Source of the DNA: Patescibacteria group bacterium
GTDB lineage: Bacteria; Patescibacteriota; Minisyncoccia; UBA6257; GWB1-50-10
Direction of reading: 5' to 3'
DNA: 49,311 bases
NCBI GenBank assembly: GCA_038064775.1
Contig: JBBTSG010000006.1
Location: forward strand, 32,168 to 81,478
This document shows, in pieces, positions 1-9,678 of this stretch. Position 1 is the stretch's first letter. Every line of letters starts with the position of its first letter. The position numbers and the translations under genes were made by a program. The notes beneath the pieces are model-generated. The model was not told the origin of the DNA. It worked only from the letters and a program-made list of their open reading frames with translations, and did no database searches.

Positions 1-39
1 CTCGATAAACAACTCACAAGAGTACCCATCCTAAAGACC

Positions 40-55
40 ATATATATATATATAT
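40..55 (+). repeat. (AT)8 dinucleotide microsatellite
   Basis: acc-ATATATATATATATAT-cgc read directly from the sequence. Confidence 0.95.
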
Positions 56-127
56 CGCGCCCTTCGTTGGCGAGTTTCAAACCTATTTCATAAAGGAGCT
101 AAATTAGATTGGCAGATTCATTGGTGG

Positions 128-916
128 ATGCTAGATGGATTAGAGTTTGTTAAGAAAAATAAATTAAGAGATTTTATTTTTACCGAAGAAGGAGGATTTG
201 TGAGGATGCCGAACGGATTAGAGTTTTGGTTTGACCCTACTAAGTATAACGGCATGATCCACCCTCTTATGTTTAGCGATATGAGATGCGATATAGAGGA
301 AGTAACTACGCTTCAAACTATATTAAAAAATATATCGAACTCGATTATTATTGATGCTGGAGCTGGTTATGGAGATTATGCTTGTGGAATGGCTTTTAAT
401 ACTAATGCGATTGTTTATGCTTTCGAACCAGAACTTGCACTCTATTCCTCTTTGGTTAAAACTGCGCAACACAATAAACTTGATAAAAGAGTTCATTGTT
501 ATAACTTAGCTTTAGCAGATAAGGAAGGATTTTTGGACGTAAAAATTCCTAATCAAAAAATTATTTTTCCTACGACTACCATAGATAATCTTATAGAAAA
601 AGAGAATGTTGAACGAGTTGATTTTATCAAAGCGGACATTGAGGGAGCTGAACTCAATATGTTAAAGGGTTCGGTAGGGTGTCTTAAAAAATTTAAACCT
701 CACTTATTGCTTGAAATCGTTGAAGAACACTCAGAACGAATGGGAAACTCGGTTGATGAATTATTAAAATTTCTACACGAATTTGGTTATGAAAATTGTG
801 CTTACGTGACTGAAAAAGAACAAATATTTATTAATCCGATTGAGGATCTAAAGAAAGTTTTGTCAAAAGAATATAATTTTTTCTTCTGGCATAAAGATAA
901 AAAATTCAATCTTTAA
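128..916 (+). CDS. FkbM family SAM-dependent methyltransferase (likely glycan O-methyltransferase); reading frame stays open upstream to nt 35 and may be frameshifted at an (AT)8 tract
   Basis: IIDAGAGYGDY SAM motif, VYAFEP, LALAD, TTIDNL and VDFIKADIEGAELNMLKG are FkbM hallmarks. Confidence 0.85.
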   Translation: MLDGLEFVKKNKLRDFIFTEEGGFVRMPNGLEFWFDPTKYNGMIHPLMFSDMRCDIEEVTTLQTILKNISNSIIIDAGAGYGDYACGMAFNTNAIVYAFEPELALYSSLVKTAQHNKLDKRVHCYNLALADKEGFLDVKIPNQKIIFPTTTIDNLIEKENVERVDFIKADIEGAELNMLKGSVGCLKKFKPHLLLEIVEEHSERMGNSVDELLKFLHEFGYENCAYVTEKEQIFINPIEDLKKVLSKEYNFFFWHKDKKFNL

Positions 917-1005
917 TTAACAAAGAACCCTTTAAAATAGTAAGGGCATCGTTTATATCCCCCACCTTCAAAAATAAAAAACCTAATGCTGTTTTCAAGG
1001 AAATC

Positions 1006-1515
1006 CTATTTATATGAAACGTGATTAGACATTGATTTACCAAGGAGTAATGGTTTAATAATTTGCCACAGTTTTCTATGTTCCGGAATAATATCTTGAG
1101 GCATCTTCGCAAACCACACCCCGTGCTTTGCGGTTTTTAAAGTGGCGCATGAAAAAAATATTGAAACGCATTTAAAACGTCGACTATCGTATACGATTAC
1201 TCTACGAGCCGAGAGTGATTTGCTATTTTTAATTTTCAATCCCGCCTCCACTCGCGCAGTTCTTTGGCAAGTCGTTAAAAAAGTTTCTCTGGGACTCATA
1301 TAACTTCCGGGAAAGTGCCAGCCCTTAAAATATTTGTCATTCCGATATATTAAAAGCACTTTTCTATTTTGAATTAAAGCAAGCTCCGTTGCCACTGGGA
1401 CATTTTTTCTCATAAGCGATACAAAAACATTTTCTGGAATATTAGGAATTGACGGAAGTCTTTTCAATAATTGTGCCAATGTTTTAATTTCCGCTTTGGT
1501 TAAATGTTTTTGCAT
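1006..1515 (-). CDS. Nudix-fold hydrolase with degenerate Nudix box (GDP-mannose mannosyl hydrolase-like)
   Basis: VLLIYRNDKYFKGWHFPGSYMSPRETFLTTCQRTARVEAGL resembles the Gmm/WcaH region; paralog of 9145-9642. Confidence 0.7.
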   Translation of the reverse strand: MQKHLTKAEIKTLAQLLKRLPSIPNIPENVFVSLMRKNVPVATELALIQNRKVLLIYRNDKYFKGWHFPGSYMSPRETFLTTCQRTARVEAGLKIKNSKSLSARRVIVYDSRRFKCVSIFFSCATLKTAKHGVWFAKMPQDIIPEHRKLWQIIKPLLLGKSMSNHVSYK

Positions 1516-1532
1516 ATTTTCTGGATATAAAA

Positions 1533-2483
1533 CTATATTTTTTCTCCTGTGCGTGTTTTTTTGAGATAAATCGCCCCCCTTTTTAGGAGCTTTATATTAA
1601 GCGATTTGTAATTAGCTTCATACCACCGATATAATTTCTCTATAGCTGTATCAAGTATTGTAAATTTAAAATTAGGCATTGATTTTAACAACTTGCTTAT
1701 GTCGGCGCTGTATTCTCTATCAAGGCCTTTGTTTTGAACCACAATAGGAACCTTATTTTTGCCAAATTTGTTTATTTTATTAGCAATACTTAAAAGATCC
1801 CTAGATTTACCGGTAGCCACATTAAAGACATCTCCCTTAATCTTGGAATTTATAAAAAAATCTATGGTGGCAACCAAATCATCAATATACATATAATCAA
1901 ACTGGACGTTTCGGGCAATTAAGATTGGCAAACCAAAAATGTTCCGCAAAATTGCGTTAGAAATAAACCTGAGATGATATTTTTCATATTTGCCAAAAAC
2001 ACCAAATAGGCGCAAACCAACAATATTTTTCGACGTCGCCAATATATACTTTGAACAAATATATTTTGAAAACCCGTACTCGTCTGACGGAATATGAGCG
2101 CCAAAATATTCTTCACGCATTCTCGGATGATAGTTGTGCACATCATATTCCGCTCCGCTTCCTAAAAATATCATCCGCTCAGCAATATCCAAGCATCGCT
2201 CCAAATTGAAAAACATGCGAATATTCCCTTCTGCCGCTCCTTTCAAATTAACCGTATCTCGCCTACCACCGACGTTTGCGCAGTGTATAATTACTTGTAT
2301 TTTATTTTTTTTAACGTACCGCCGCACCATATCTGCGTCCAATAAATCCAACTCGGTATGAGATGGGGCACTAACTAAATATTTTGCGGAAATAAATTCC
2401 GCAAGATTCCTACCTATGAACCCACGTCCACCAGTAATAAGAATGCGTTTTTTTCTTTTTACTACATTAGTATGACTGCTCAT
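1533..2483 (-). CDS. NAD-dependent epimerase/reductase (extended SDR, GDP-fucose synthase-like)
   Basis: ITGGRGFIG, ELDLLD, IIHCA, GSGAEY, YGFSK (YxxxK), FNVATG. Confidence 0.88.
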   Translation of the reverse strand: MSSHTNVVKRKKRILITGGRGFIGRNLAEFISAKYLVSAPSHTELDLLDADMVRRYVKKNKIQVIIHCANVGGRRDTVNLKGAAEGNIRMFFNLERCLDIAERMIFLGSGAEYDVHNYHPRMREEYFGAHIPSDEYGFSKYICSKYILATSKNIVGLRLFGVFGKYEKYHLRFISNAILRNIFGLPILIARNVQFDYMYIDDLVATIDFFINSKIKGDVFNVATGKSRDLLSIANKINKFGKNKVPIVVQNKGLDREYSADISKLLKSMPNFKFTILDTAIEKLYRWYEANYKSLNIKLLKRGAIYLKKTRTGEKI

Positions 2484-2486
2484 TAT

Positions 2487-3218
2487 CTATATAGCTGTTG
2501 GACCGACGTACTCTACATCTTCAGAATCAAGACGACGATAAGACTTCTCGTTTTTACACTCCTCCTCAACGTGAGCTATTATACCCGGTAATCGGCCCAA
2601 AATAAAAAATGCTTTGCCAAGTCGCCAATTAAATCCAAGCTCGGAAATGATTGCAGCCACTGCCCCATCAACGTTCAATGGTAGCACCTTACCTGTCTGG
2701 CGAAACAGTTCCGACTCAATTTCCCGCGCTCGATTTAAATACTTCATGGAAAGCTTCAATTCTTGCGATTTTTTAAAAAGCGCCGTGGTTCTATGATCCT
2801 CTGTTTTATAAACCTTATGGCCATATCCGGGTAACCGTTCTTTTCTCTGAATTGAGCGCTCTACTATTACCTGTGGCGAATCAGCCGACTGGAAATAAAA
2901 AGCAGCTTTTTCAATCGCGCCACCATGCATGTCTCCTATGGCGAGAATGCCCGCGGCGATGGCCGCATTCTGAGAATTGCCGGTAGAAACTACACTTCTC
3001 GCAACAAATGCTGACGGCACCTCTATTCCATGCTCTACCATGGAAATTAAAATCGCCTCCAGCATCTTAGCCTGGTTTTTAGAGGCCTGTTTTCCCTGTA
3101 AAATAAAGAATATGGTCTCCGCCAAATTTGCATCGTCCACCAATTTAGCCAAACGAACACCTCTTATATAAAACTCCCCGTCTTTATATGAGCTGATTGC
3201 AGTTTTCCATTTCATCAC
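2487..3218 (-). CDS. Citryl-CoA lyase (citrate synthase-like domain of ATP-citrate lyase)
   Basis: EHG..PSAFVAR, GDMHGGA, LPGYGHKVYK.ED.R, PLNVDGAVAA, GRLPGIIAH; about 240 aa stand-alone citrate-synthase fold. Confidence 0.88.
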   Translation of the reverse strand: MMKWKTAISSYKDGEFYIRGVRLAKLVDDANLAETIFFILQGKQASKNQAKMLEAILISMVEHGIEVPSAFVARSVVSTGNSQNAAIAAGILAIGDMHGGAIEKAAFYFQSADSPQVIVERSIQRKERLPGYGHKVYKTEDHRTTALFKKSQELKLSMKYLNRAREIESELFRQTGKVLPLNVDGAVAAIISELGFNWRLGKAFFILGRLPGIIAHVEEECKNEKSYRRLDSEDVEYVGPTAI

Positions 3219-4123
3219 CTTATTTTCCCACGAAGTTTTTCTTTAATCAACGGTGGCACGTCTTCTAAGGTGTTTACCACATAAACTCCGGCGCGTTTTA
3301 AAGAACTTACCTTTGAGGTGTAACTACCCCTTCCTTTCATGACTATCGCGCCAGCATGCCCTAAAACCGTGCCACTCGGAAGCTTTTCTGTGAATTTCCC
3401 GGCAATCAAAGCTATTATTGGTTTTTTGAATTTTGACTTTTTTATAAATCCGGCCAGTTCTTCCTCATAAATTCCGCCCACTTCGCCGAAAATTACTATG
3501 GCGCGCGTATCGTTATCCGTACCAAAGAGTTTAACTATGTCTATAAAATCAGAACCAGAAATTTGATCACCGCCAATACCAATAACAGTGCTTTGACCCA
3601 AACCTGCGTGATTTAATGTAACTGCGATTTCTGCAACCATACCACCACTTTTAGAAATAACTCCAATTCTGCCTGGTTGAAAAATATTTTTTGGATTACT
3701 ACCGCCGATACTCCCTACTTTCCCATAACCCGGAGAAATAATACCGACAGATGATGGACCGATAATAGTTGCTTTGTTTTTTCTAGCCCAAGCAAGAATT
3801 ATCGCGGTATCCATAACCGGCACATGTTCGGTTAAAATATTTATTAGCGGGATTTTATGATTAATAGCTTCAAGCGTGGCATCTTTTACCGCAAGCGCTG
3901 GCACAACAATAAGAGACGTGTTTATGGTTGGATGTAGACGTAAGACATCTTCTACCGTGTCATAAATAGGCACTCCATAAATTATTTGACCACCCTTACC
4001 GGGCGTAACGCCAGCTAGAACCTTAGTACCATAATTCCGCATCCCCTCCATGGCACGCAACCCCTCCTTGCCAGTAATTCCCTGAATAACTACTCTTGTT
4101 TTTTTATTAACGAGAATGCTCAT
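3215..4123 (-). CDS. ATP-citrate lyase/citryl-CoA synthetase CoA-binding subunit (SucD-like); start reassigned to MSILVNKK
   Basis: VIQGITGKEG, GVTPGKGG, IIGPSSVG, SKSGGM, IGIGGD, GEVGG, phospho-His motif LGHAGA. Confidence 0.88.
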   Translation of the reverse strand: MSILVNKKTRVVIQGITGKEGLRAMEGMRNYGTKVLAGVTPGKGGQIIYGVPIYDTVEDVLRLHPTINTSLIVVPALAVKDATLEAINHKIPLINILTEHVPVMDTAIILAWARKNKATIIGPSSVGIISPGYGKVGSIGGSNPKNIFQPGRIGVISKSGGMVAEIAVTLNHAGLGQSTVIGIGGDQISGSDFIDIVKLFGTDNDTRAIVIFGEVGGIYEEELAGFIKKSKFKKPIIALIAGKFTEKLPSGTVLGHAGAIVMKGRGSYTSKVSSLKRAGVYVVNTLEDVPPLIKEKLRGKIR

Positions 4124-5198
4124 AGTTTTTCTTTTTTTTTGACAAATCAACAACTAATTTAGCGGTTTCGGACATTGGCGTCCTTGAATCAAAGATATGA
4201 AAATCATAACCCTCTTTTTCTGCCACGGCCCTTAGCATCTCCTCGGCCTCCTTTTGCCGTGGTCCATCACGCCTTATAACAAAGGGATAGTTCGGCTTTG
4301 GTTTAACGCTTCTTAAGCCATCTAAAAACCCGCGCATTGTTTCATATATATCCGTAAAGTTTGCCGTACCACCTATAACCCAACAGCCCTTGAGTCCTTT
4401 TTGCGCAAGAACACGCTTCGTTAACTCCTCAACTATTTTAGCCGGTGGATTACCGGAATATTCCACATAGTTTGCTGGACGACCGCCATAAAAAAATAAA
4501 GCGTCAATATTTAAAAGAGAGGCACCCCCACCTGATGCAAGAATTGCGATATCTCCATTTAGATTTAGAAAGCTTCGTTCGTTCGGATTTATTTTCTCAT
4601 TATCCAAAATTACTTTTGCGTCACCCGCGATGAATTGACCATTTGAAGTTTTGAGTATCGGGTTAATTTCGGCAAGTAATGCATCCTCATCTAAAAATAA
4701 TTGCCATAAATTCTTAAGTAATAGGGAAAGTGGCGGGATATCCGACGAAACAAAACCGCTTTTCTGTAACGCCTCGCGAAAAAAAAATGGTTGGACGCCA
4801 GAAACCAGATCGATGGGAAATGTTTTTGCTTTTGAAATGCCAGATCCGCCTTTTGTGGAAAGCATTAGAATTGGACTTCGCAACATTAAATCATAACTGA
4901 ACGACGCATAATATTCATTACTTGCCGTGATTTTTTCTTCGACTAGAACGCTGATAATTTTTTTACCGGAAAGACCTCTTCTTAAAAGAACTTTTAATTG
5001 TTTTTTTACTTCCGATTTGGTTTTAGCGAATAATATTCCTCCGGCCTTCTTCCTCTCTCCAAAAAGAACTTGCGCTTTTACAGCATAAGGACCAGCGAAC
5101 CGAATTTTGGTCGCCGGACTACTCGCTATAACTCGACGAGGCGTAGGAATGCTGTATTTTTCAAACAATTCCTTCCCTTGAAACTCATATAATTTCAT
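4107..5198 (-). CDS. ATP-citrate lyase ATP-grasp/citrate-binding subunit (AclB/SucC-like)
   Basis: MKLYEFQGKELF, KAQV, EINP, DAK, SGGGAS, PANYVEYSGNP; GGTANFT and IRRDGP match the ACL citrate-binding motifs (GGIANFT/RRGGP) rather than SucC (GGIVRCD). Confidence 0.85.
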   Translation of the reverse strand: MKLYEFQGKELFEKYSIPTPRRVIASSPATKIRFAGPYAVKAQVLFGERKKAGGILFAKTKSEVKKQLKVLLRRGLSGKKIISVLVEEKITASNEYYASFSYDLMLRSPILMLSTKGGSGISKAKTFPIDLVSGVQPFFFREALQKSGFVSSDIPPLSLLLKNLWQLFLDEDALLAEINPILKTSNGQFIAGDAKVILDNEKINPNERSFLNLNGDIAILASGGGASLLNIDALFFYGGRPANYVEYSGNPPAKIVEELTKRVLAQKGLKGCWVIGGTANFTDIYETMRGFLDGLRSVKPKPNYPFVIRRDGPRQKEAEEMLRAVAEKEGYDFHIFDSRTPMSETAKLVVDLSKKKKNYEHSR

Positions 5199-7003
5199 GG
5201 ATTTGTCTTAGCTTCTTTCTCCAAGTCGGTCACCATTTGTTGTTTTAGTTCCGCGGGATCCAAAAACGGATACATGTCTTCGTATGGTTTGGGCACAAAT
5301 CTGCCATCGGGTAATTTATCCGACATAGTTCTTGGCGCCAATATTTGCCACTCTGGCGTCATTACGTCACAAATTACTGGCCCATCATAACTTAAAACTT
5401 CAGCTATTTTTTCATCAATCCCGTCCACTGAATCGATTCTAACGCCTTTAATTCCGTAAGCCTCCGCTATCTTAAGAGAATCCGGACACCAAAGACCAGT
5501 AGCCGGACTCTCGCCTATTAAATGTTTGTTCATAAAATTAGCTTGACTTAGTCGCATCAATAAATATCCATTGTTATTAAAAATAAAAATCTTAAGTGGT
5601 AAATTATTGTGTTTAACGGTGGCGAGCTCCTGCAAATTCATTTGCAAACTACCATCTCCAGTGATAACAATAGTATTTTTCCTATCATTAGCCACACAAG
5701 CCCCAATTCCGGCTGCCCAGTAACCCATAGTGGAAAATCCACCAGTCGTTAAAAATTTTTGACCTTTCTTTATTTTCCATGTTTGACACGCGACATGAAA
5801 ACAGGAACCGGTATCAACTAAAATCCAATCGTCTTTTGTCGCGGCCGCGGAAAGTTTGTCAGTAAAATAATATGAGTTTACCGGTTTTTCATTCTTGTAA
5901 GAAGGTTGAACAACTGGATACTTAATTCTCCATGCCTTACATACTCTTACCCACCCTCCCCAATCCGGCAATTTTTTATCGGTAATTTCTTCAAGTAACG
6001 TTTGAAGGAATTTTTTTGCCGTGCTCTTTATTTTAAGATCAATTTCAACCCCTGGCTTGTCCAGTTCTTTTTGGTCAACGTCCACAACAATTTTTTTTGC
6101 GTTTCTTCCGAAATCTTTGGGGTTATGTCCAACTAATGACGTGGCTAATCTGCAACCAACAACTACTATTAAATCTGAATTTTGAATCGCAAAATTTGCA
6201 GCTCTTTCCCCATACGTACCCGGCCTACCAACATACAATTTATGCTCGCTATCAATTAAATCTATTGCTAAACGCGCGGTTAAAATTGGAATTTTTAGCA
6301 AATTAATAAGATTCTCGAATTCTCCCTCCGCGCTACCCAATTTTATCCCTTGCCCAACCAAGAGTATTGGTCTTTTTGCACTTAGTAACATTTGGACTAG
6401 TTCTGCGATTTGACCTTTGTCAGACGCGAACTCTTCTTCCGTTTCTTGTTCATTAAAAATCTTTGCCGGTTTTTCCGGAACTTCAGCTCTTTGTATATCC
6501 AACGGCACATCAAGCCAAACCGGACCAGGCCTGCCGTTCATGGCAAGATAATAAGCCTTCTCCAAATAATATAATAAGTTAGCGGGGTTATCGACGGTAA
6601 CAAAAAATTTAACTACGTCTTTTACTAACGGTTTTATGTTTATACCCTGGACTCCAACTTGCCGAATTTTATTTTTTTCCTGATAATCGACAAACGCTAA
6701 ATTCGTCTGTCCAGAAATAATAATCATTGGCGAAGAATCTACCCAGCCGCCAACCACGCCGTTAATAACGTTCACCGCGCCGGGCCCCGCGGTTACCATA
6801 GCAATCGCTGGCTTTTTTTTTAGCCGTCCGTAGGCTTCAGCTGCCATTCCGGCTGCCTGTTCGTGATGAGAACAAATAACCTTAATTTTCTTACTCCTAT
6901 AAATCGCGTCATTTAGAAACATGGATTGCCCACCAGCAACCATAAACACCGCCTCAACTTCTTTTTCTTCAAAAAATTTTAAAATATAATCAGCAACAAT
7001 CAT
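5195..7003 (-). CDS. ThDP-dependent acetolactate-synthase-like enzyme, YerE/ErwE type (branched-sugar acyl transferase)
   Basis: HHEQAAGMAAE, VTAGPG, RPGPVWLDVPLDIQ, TGDGSLQMNLQEL..NNNGY; glycan-locus context. Confidence 0.85.
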   Translation of the reverse strand: MIVADYILKFFEEKEVEAVFMVAGGQSMFLNDAIYRSKKIKVICSHHEQAAGMAAEAYGRLKKKPAIAMVTAGPGAVNVINGVVGGWVDSSPMIIISGQTNLAFVDYQEKNKIRQVGVQGINIKPLVKDVVKFFVTVDNPANLLYYLEKAYYLAMNGRPGPVWLDVPLDIQRAEVPEKPAKIFNEQETEEEFASDKGQIAELVQMLLSAKRPILLVGQGIKLGSAEGEFENLINLLKIPILTARLAIDLIDSEHKLYVGRPGTYGERAANFAIQNSDLIVVVGCRLATSLVGHNPKDFGRNAKKIVVDVDQKELDKPGVEIDLKIKSTAKKFLQTLLEEITDKKLPDWGGWVRVCKAWRIKYPVVQPSYKNEKPVNSYYFTDKLSAAATKDDWILVDTGSCFHVACQTWKIKKGQKFLTTGGFSTMGYWAAGIGACVANDRKNTIVITGDGSLQMNLQELATVKHNNLPLKIFIFNNNGYLLMRLSQANFMNKHLIGESPATGLWCPDSLKIAEAYGIKGVRIDSVDGIDEKIAEVLSYDGPVICDVMTPEWQILAPRTMSDKLPDGRFVPKPYEDMYPFLDPAELKQQMVTDLEKEAKTNP

Positions 7004-7008
7004 CGTTT

Positions 7009-8013
7009 TTATTGGTGTTTTTTTGACAAATTCACGGCTACATCTACAATAACATCTTCTTGACCAGCAACAACTTTTCGTTTTCCTAACTCCATAAAAA
7101 TATCTCTAGCATCAACTCCAAACTCTTCGGCCGCTTTCTTTACATGCGGAGTAAAACCAGAAAACACCCCCGCTAAACCGCTTACAATACTGATCGGGTC
7201 AATCCCTTGGAGGGTTTTCATTATCGGCTTTATTATCTCCTCGCCAGCATCCAAAAGCTTATATAGCTCTACGCCCGTATCTATCCCAGCTTTCTGCATC
7301 AAAGCCATCAAAGCTTCGAGTTGGCAATTACCCGCACCCGCCCCAAATCCCCTCACCGTGCCATCAATAATACTTGCCCCGGACTCTAAAGCGATAAAAG
7401 AATTGGCCACGGCCATACTTAAATTATTATGGGCGTGAAAGCCAACTAGAATTTTTAAATTATCCGCCAAGTGTTTAACCGTTTCCCTAACCATAAGAGT
7501 GGTGGATGAACCAGCCGAATCCATAAGCAACACGCCCTTTACGCCATAGCTTTGCATTTTTTTTGCCTCTTCTAATAATCTTTCTTTCGAAGCCATATGA
7601 TACATCATTAGAACGCCAAAAGCCTCTTTTCTTTTACTAACCACATACTCAATATGCTGCTGGGTAATATCAGCTTCCGTACAATGCGTTCCTACACAAA
7701 CCAAATCTACTCCAGCATCAAGCGCTGGAGCCAAATCATCTTTAATAGTGCCAAATCCAGGAATCAAAAAGGTTCCTAGTTTGGTTTTTTTTAACGCTTC
7801 GCGCGCCGTAGAAATTATTTCCAAATCAGAATAAGCCGAAAGTCCAACCTGAAGAGTTGAAGCACCCAAGCCATTACCGTGTCCAACAATAACAGCGTAG
7901 AGACCAGACCCGTCAACTTTTTCACAATAGCTTTTGATTGTGAGGGGGTTAATTTGGTGCCTTACTGCGTGCGACCCATCCCTTAAAGTGGAATCAAAAA
8001 AAATAGGTTTCAT
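7009..8013 (-). CDS. dmpG: 4-hydroxy-2-oxovalerate aldolase
   Basis: DSTLRDGSHAVRHQ, VGHGNGLGAS, THCTEAD, GFHAHNNL, LGKRKVVAGQED. Confidence 0.93.
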   Translation of the reverse strand: MKPIFFDSTLRDGSHAVRHQINPLTIKSYCEKVDGSGLYAVIVGHGNGLGASTLQVGLSAYSDLEIISTAREALKKTKLGTFLIPGFGTIKDDLAPALDAGVDLVCVGTHCTEADITQQHIEYVVSKRKEAFGVLMMYHMASKERLLEEAKKMQSYGVKGVLLMDSAGSSTTLMVRETVKHLADNLKILVGFHAHNNLSMAVANSFIALESGASIIDGTVRGFGAGAGNCQLEALMALMQKAGIDTGVELYKLLDAGEEIIKPIMKTLQGIDPISIVSGLAGVFSGFTPHVKKAAEEFGVDARDIFMELGKRKVVAGQEDVIVDVAVNLSKKHQ

Positions 8014-8891
8014 TTGTTTTTATATTTTTTTCTGGCGTATTCTTCTGCAACTTGTACGGCTGCGGAGGTTATTATGTCTAAGTTTCCGGAATACTCTGGT
8101 AAAAAATCGCCTAGGCCGGTCACTTCGGTGGTAATGGTAAGACGACCATTTTCGTAAGTCGGCCCCAAAATAAGCTTGTATCCAGACGCATATTTTTTGA
8201 TTTGCGCAATAATTTCTTTTATTTTTTCCTCTATTTCCTTCAATTTTGGCTTTTCAATTTCAGCGTAAATCGTATTGCGCATCCGAACCGGCGGTTCTGC
8301 CGGATTCAAAATAATAACGGCTTTTGCTTTAGGCACCCCGGAGTAATGCTCAATCGCGTCTTTGGTTGTCTGAGTATATTCATCAATGTTTGCTCGCGTA
8401 CCAGGACCAGCTGATTTAGAAGAAATTGTCGCAACGATTTCAATATATTTTATCTCCGGGTGTATTTCCATTAGAACCTTAGCTATTGGCGCCGTGGCTT
8501 GACCGCCACAAGTCACCATATTAATGTTTTCCGCGCCGATACTTTCTTCCAAGTCAATAACCGGAACGCACATTCTGCCAAACCTTGATGGAGTTAAGTC
8601 AATTACAAATTTGCCAAGTTTTTTTAAAATTGGGGCGTTAACCATATGCGCTTTCGCAGAAGTCGTGTCAAAAACAACTTCACAAATATCTGGCTCGTCT
8701 AAAATTACCTGAATTGAATCCGCAGAAGTCCTGATGCCCATCTCTTTTGCTTTTTGAATTCCTTTGGACTTAGCGTCGCGCCCGGCAAAAATACTACATT
8801 CCAAAAGATCAGACCGTCGTATCTTAAATAGCAAGTCCATCCCAATATTGCCAGTACCGATAATGCCTATTTTAACTTTTTTATTTTCCAT
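8010..8891 (-). CDS. dmpF: Acetaldehyde dehydrogenase (acylating)
   Basis: IIGTGNIG, DLTP, NMVTCGGQAT (catalytic Cys), SKSAGPGTRANIDEY, GNLDIITSAA. Confidence 0.93.
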   Translation of the reverse strand: MENKKVKIGIIGTGNIGMDLLFKIRRSDLLECSIFAGRDAKSKGIQKAKEMGIRTSADSIQVILDEPDICEVVFDTTSAKAHMVNAPILKKLGKFVIDLTPSRFGRMCVPVIDLEESIGAENINMVTCGGQATAPIAKVLMEIHPEIKYIEIVATISSKSAGPGTRANIDEYTQTTKDAIEHYSGVPKAKAVIILNPAEPPVRMRNTIYAEIEKPKLKEIEEKIKEIIAQIKKYASGYKLILGPTYENGRLTITTEVTGLGDFLPEYSGNLDIITSAAVQVAEEYARKKYKNK

Positions 8892-9045
8892 TTAATGAAT
8901 CTATATATAATGTGAGCTCCGCACGAAAGCTTCAACGAAAAATTACCAGGTCCTTGCCTTGATTTATAGTCTGTTTTCCAATAATTCCCATTTAAACATA
9001 CAATCAACTAGGTTTCAAGCTGATTCGAAAAAAATCGTCCCACAC

Positions 9046-9074
9046 TTGACAAATCTTTTGTGATACGTTAAGAT
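9046..9074 (+). promoter_or_regulatory. sigma70 promoter of the Nudix gene at 9145
   Basis: TTGACA-N17-TAAGAT. Confidence 0.8.
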
Positions 9075-9144
9075 GTGTCTAGCATTCGGAAGCTTCGATC
9101 GACGTGGCAATCCGAAAAAAACTGAATAAAAGAAAGGTGGAAAA

Positions 9145-9642
9145 ATGCTCGTAGCGCACGAAATAGAACTACTCGTTGCACTTCTTCAAAGGGTCGAATG
9201 GCCGCTGAATCCGAAAATTTTTCGCGCGTTCGTTAATATCGTAGTATCCGTTCCTATTGAACTAGCGGTACTTAATGAACGGGACGAAATCCTTATGTTC
9301 TATCGCAAGGACGAAGAGTACGATGGGAATCATATTCCCGGTACGGTGCTCCGCGATAATGAGACTGTTTCCGATGCAATTGCTCGTTTGCGCAAGAGCG
9401 AAGTAGTCGGCGGCAACATATCGGATCCTATCGACATAGGACACATAGAGATCGTGAAAGGAAATGGTTTTGGCGAGAACCCGACGCGCCATGAAATTTC
9501 TCTCGTTCATGTATCGCGACTCATGGGTCCTTATACAGGGAGTGGAAAATTTTATCTCCTAGACAGATTACCAGAAGATACACTGCCTCATCACCAAAAG
9601 CTAGTCAGTAAAGTTATCGAATATCTGCAAACGCTGAACTGA
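9145..9642 (+). CDS. Nudix-fold hydrolase with degenerate box; paralog of 1006-1515
   Basis: VPIELAV..ILMFYRKDEEYDGNHIPGTVLRDNET; SD AGAAAGGTGG upstream. Confidence 0.7.
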   Translation: MLVAHEIELLVALLQRVEWPLNPKIFRAFVNIVVSVPIELAVLNERDEILMFYRKDEEYDGNHIPGTVLRDNETVSDAIARLRKSEVVGGNISDPIDIGHIEIVKGNGFGENPTRHEISLVHVSRLMGPYTGSGKFYLLDRLPEDTLPHHQKLVSKVIEYLQTLN

Positions 9643-9678
9643 TGGGAGCGGCTGATAATGACTTGATAATTCAAATCC

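Noticed and set aside
2487-5198. ATP-citrate lyase as evidence of reverse-TCA autotrophy
   Set aside because: No other rTCA genes are nearby and the genes are coupled into a sugar operon; an acetyl-CoA supply role fits better.
5195-7003. ilvB for branched-chain amino acid synthesis
   Set aside because: No ilvN/ilvC/ilvD nearby, the motif PVWLDVPLDIQ is YerE-like, and the context is a glycan locus.
7009-8891. dmpFG as part of aromatic meta-cleavage degradation
   Set aside because: No dioxygenase, hydratase or other catabolic genes; neighbours are NDP-sugar enzymes.
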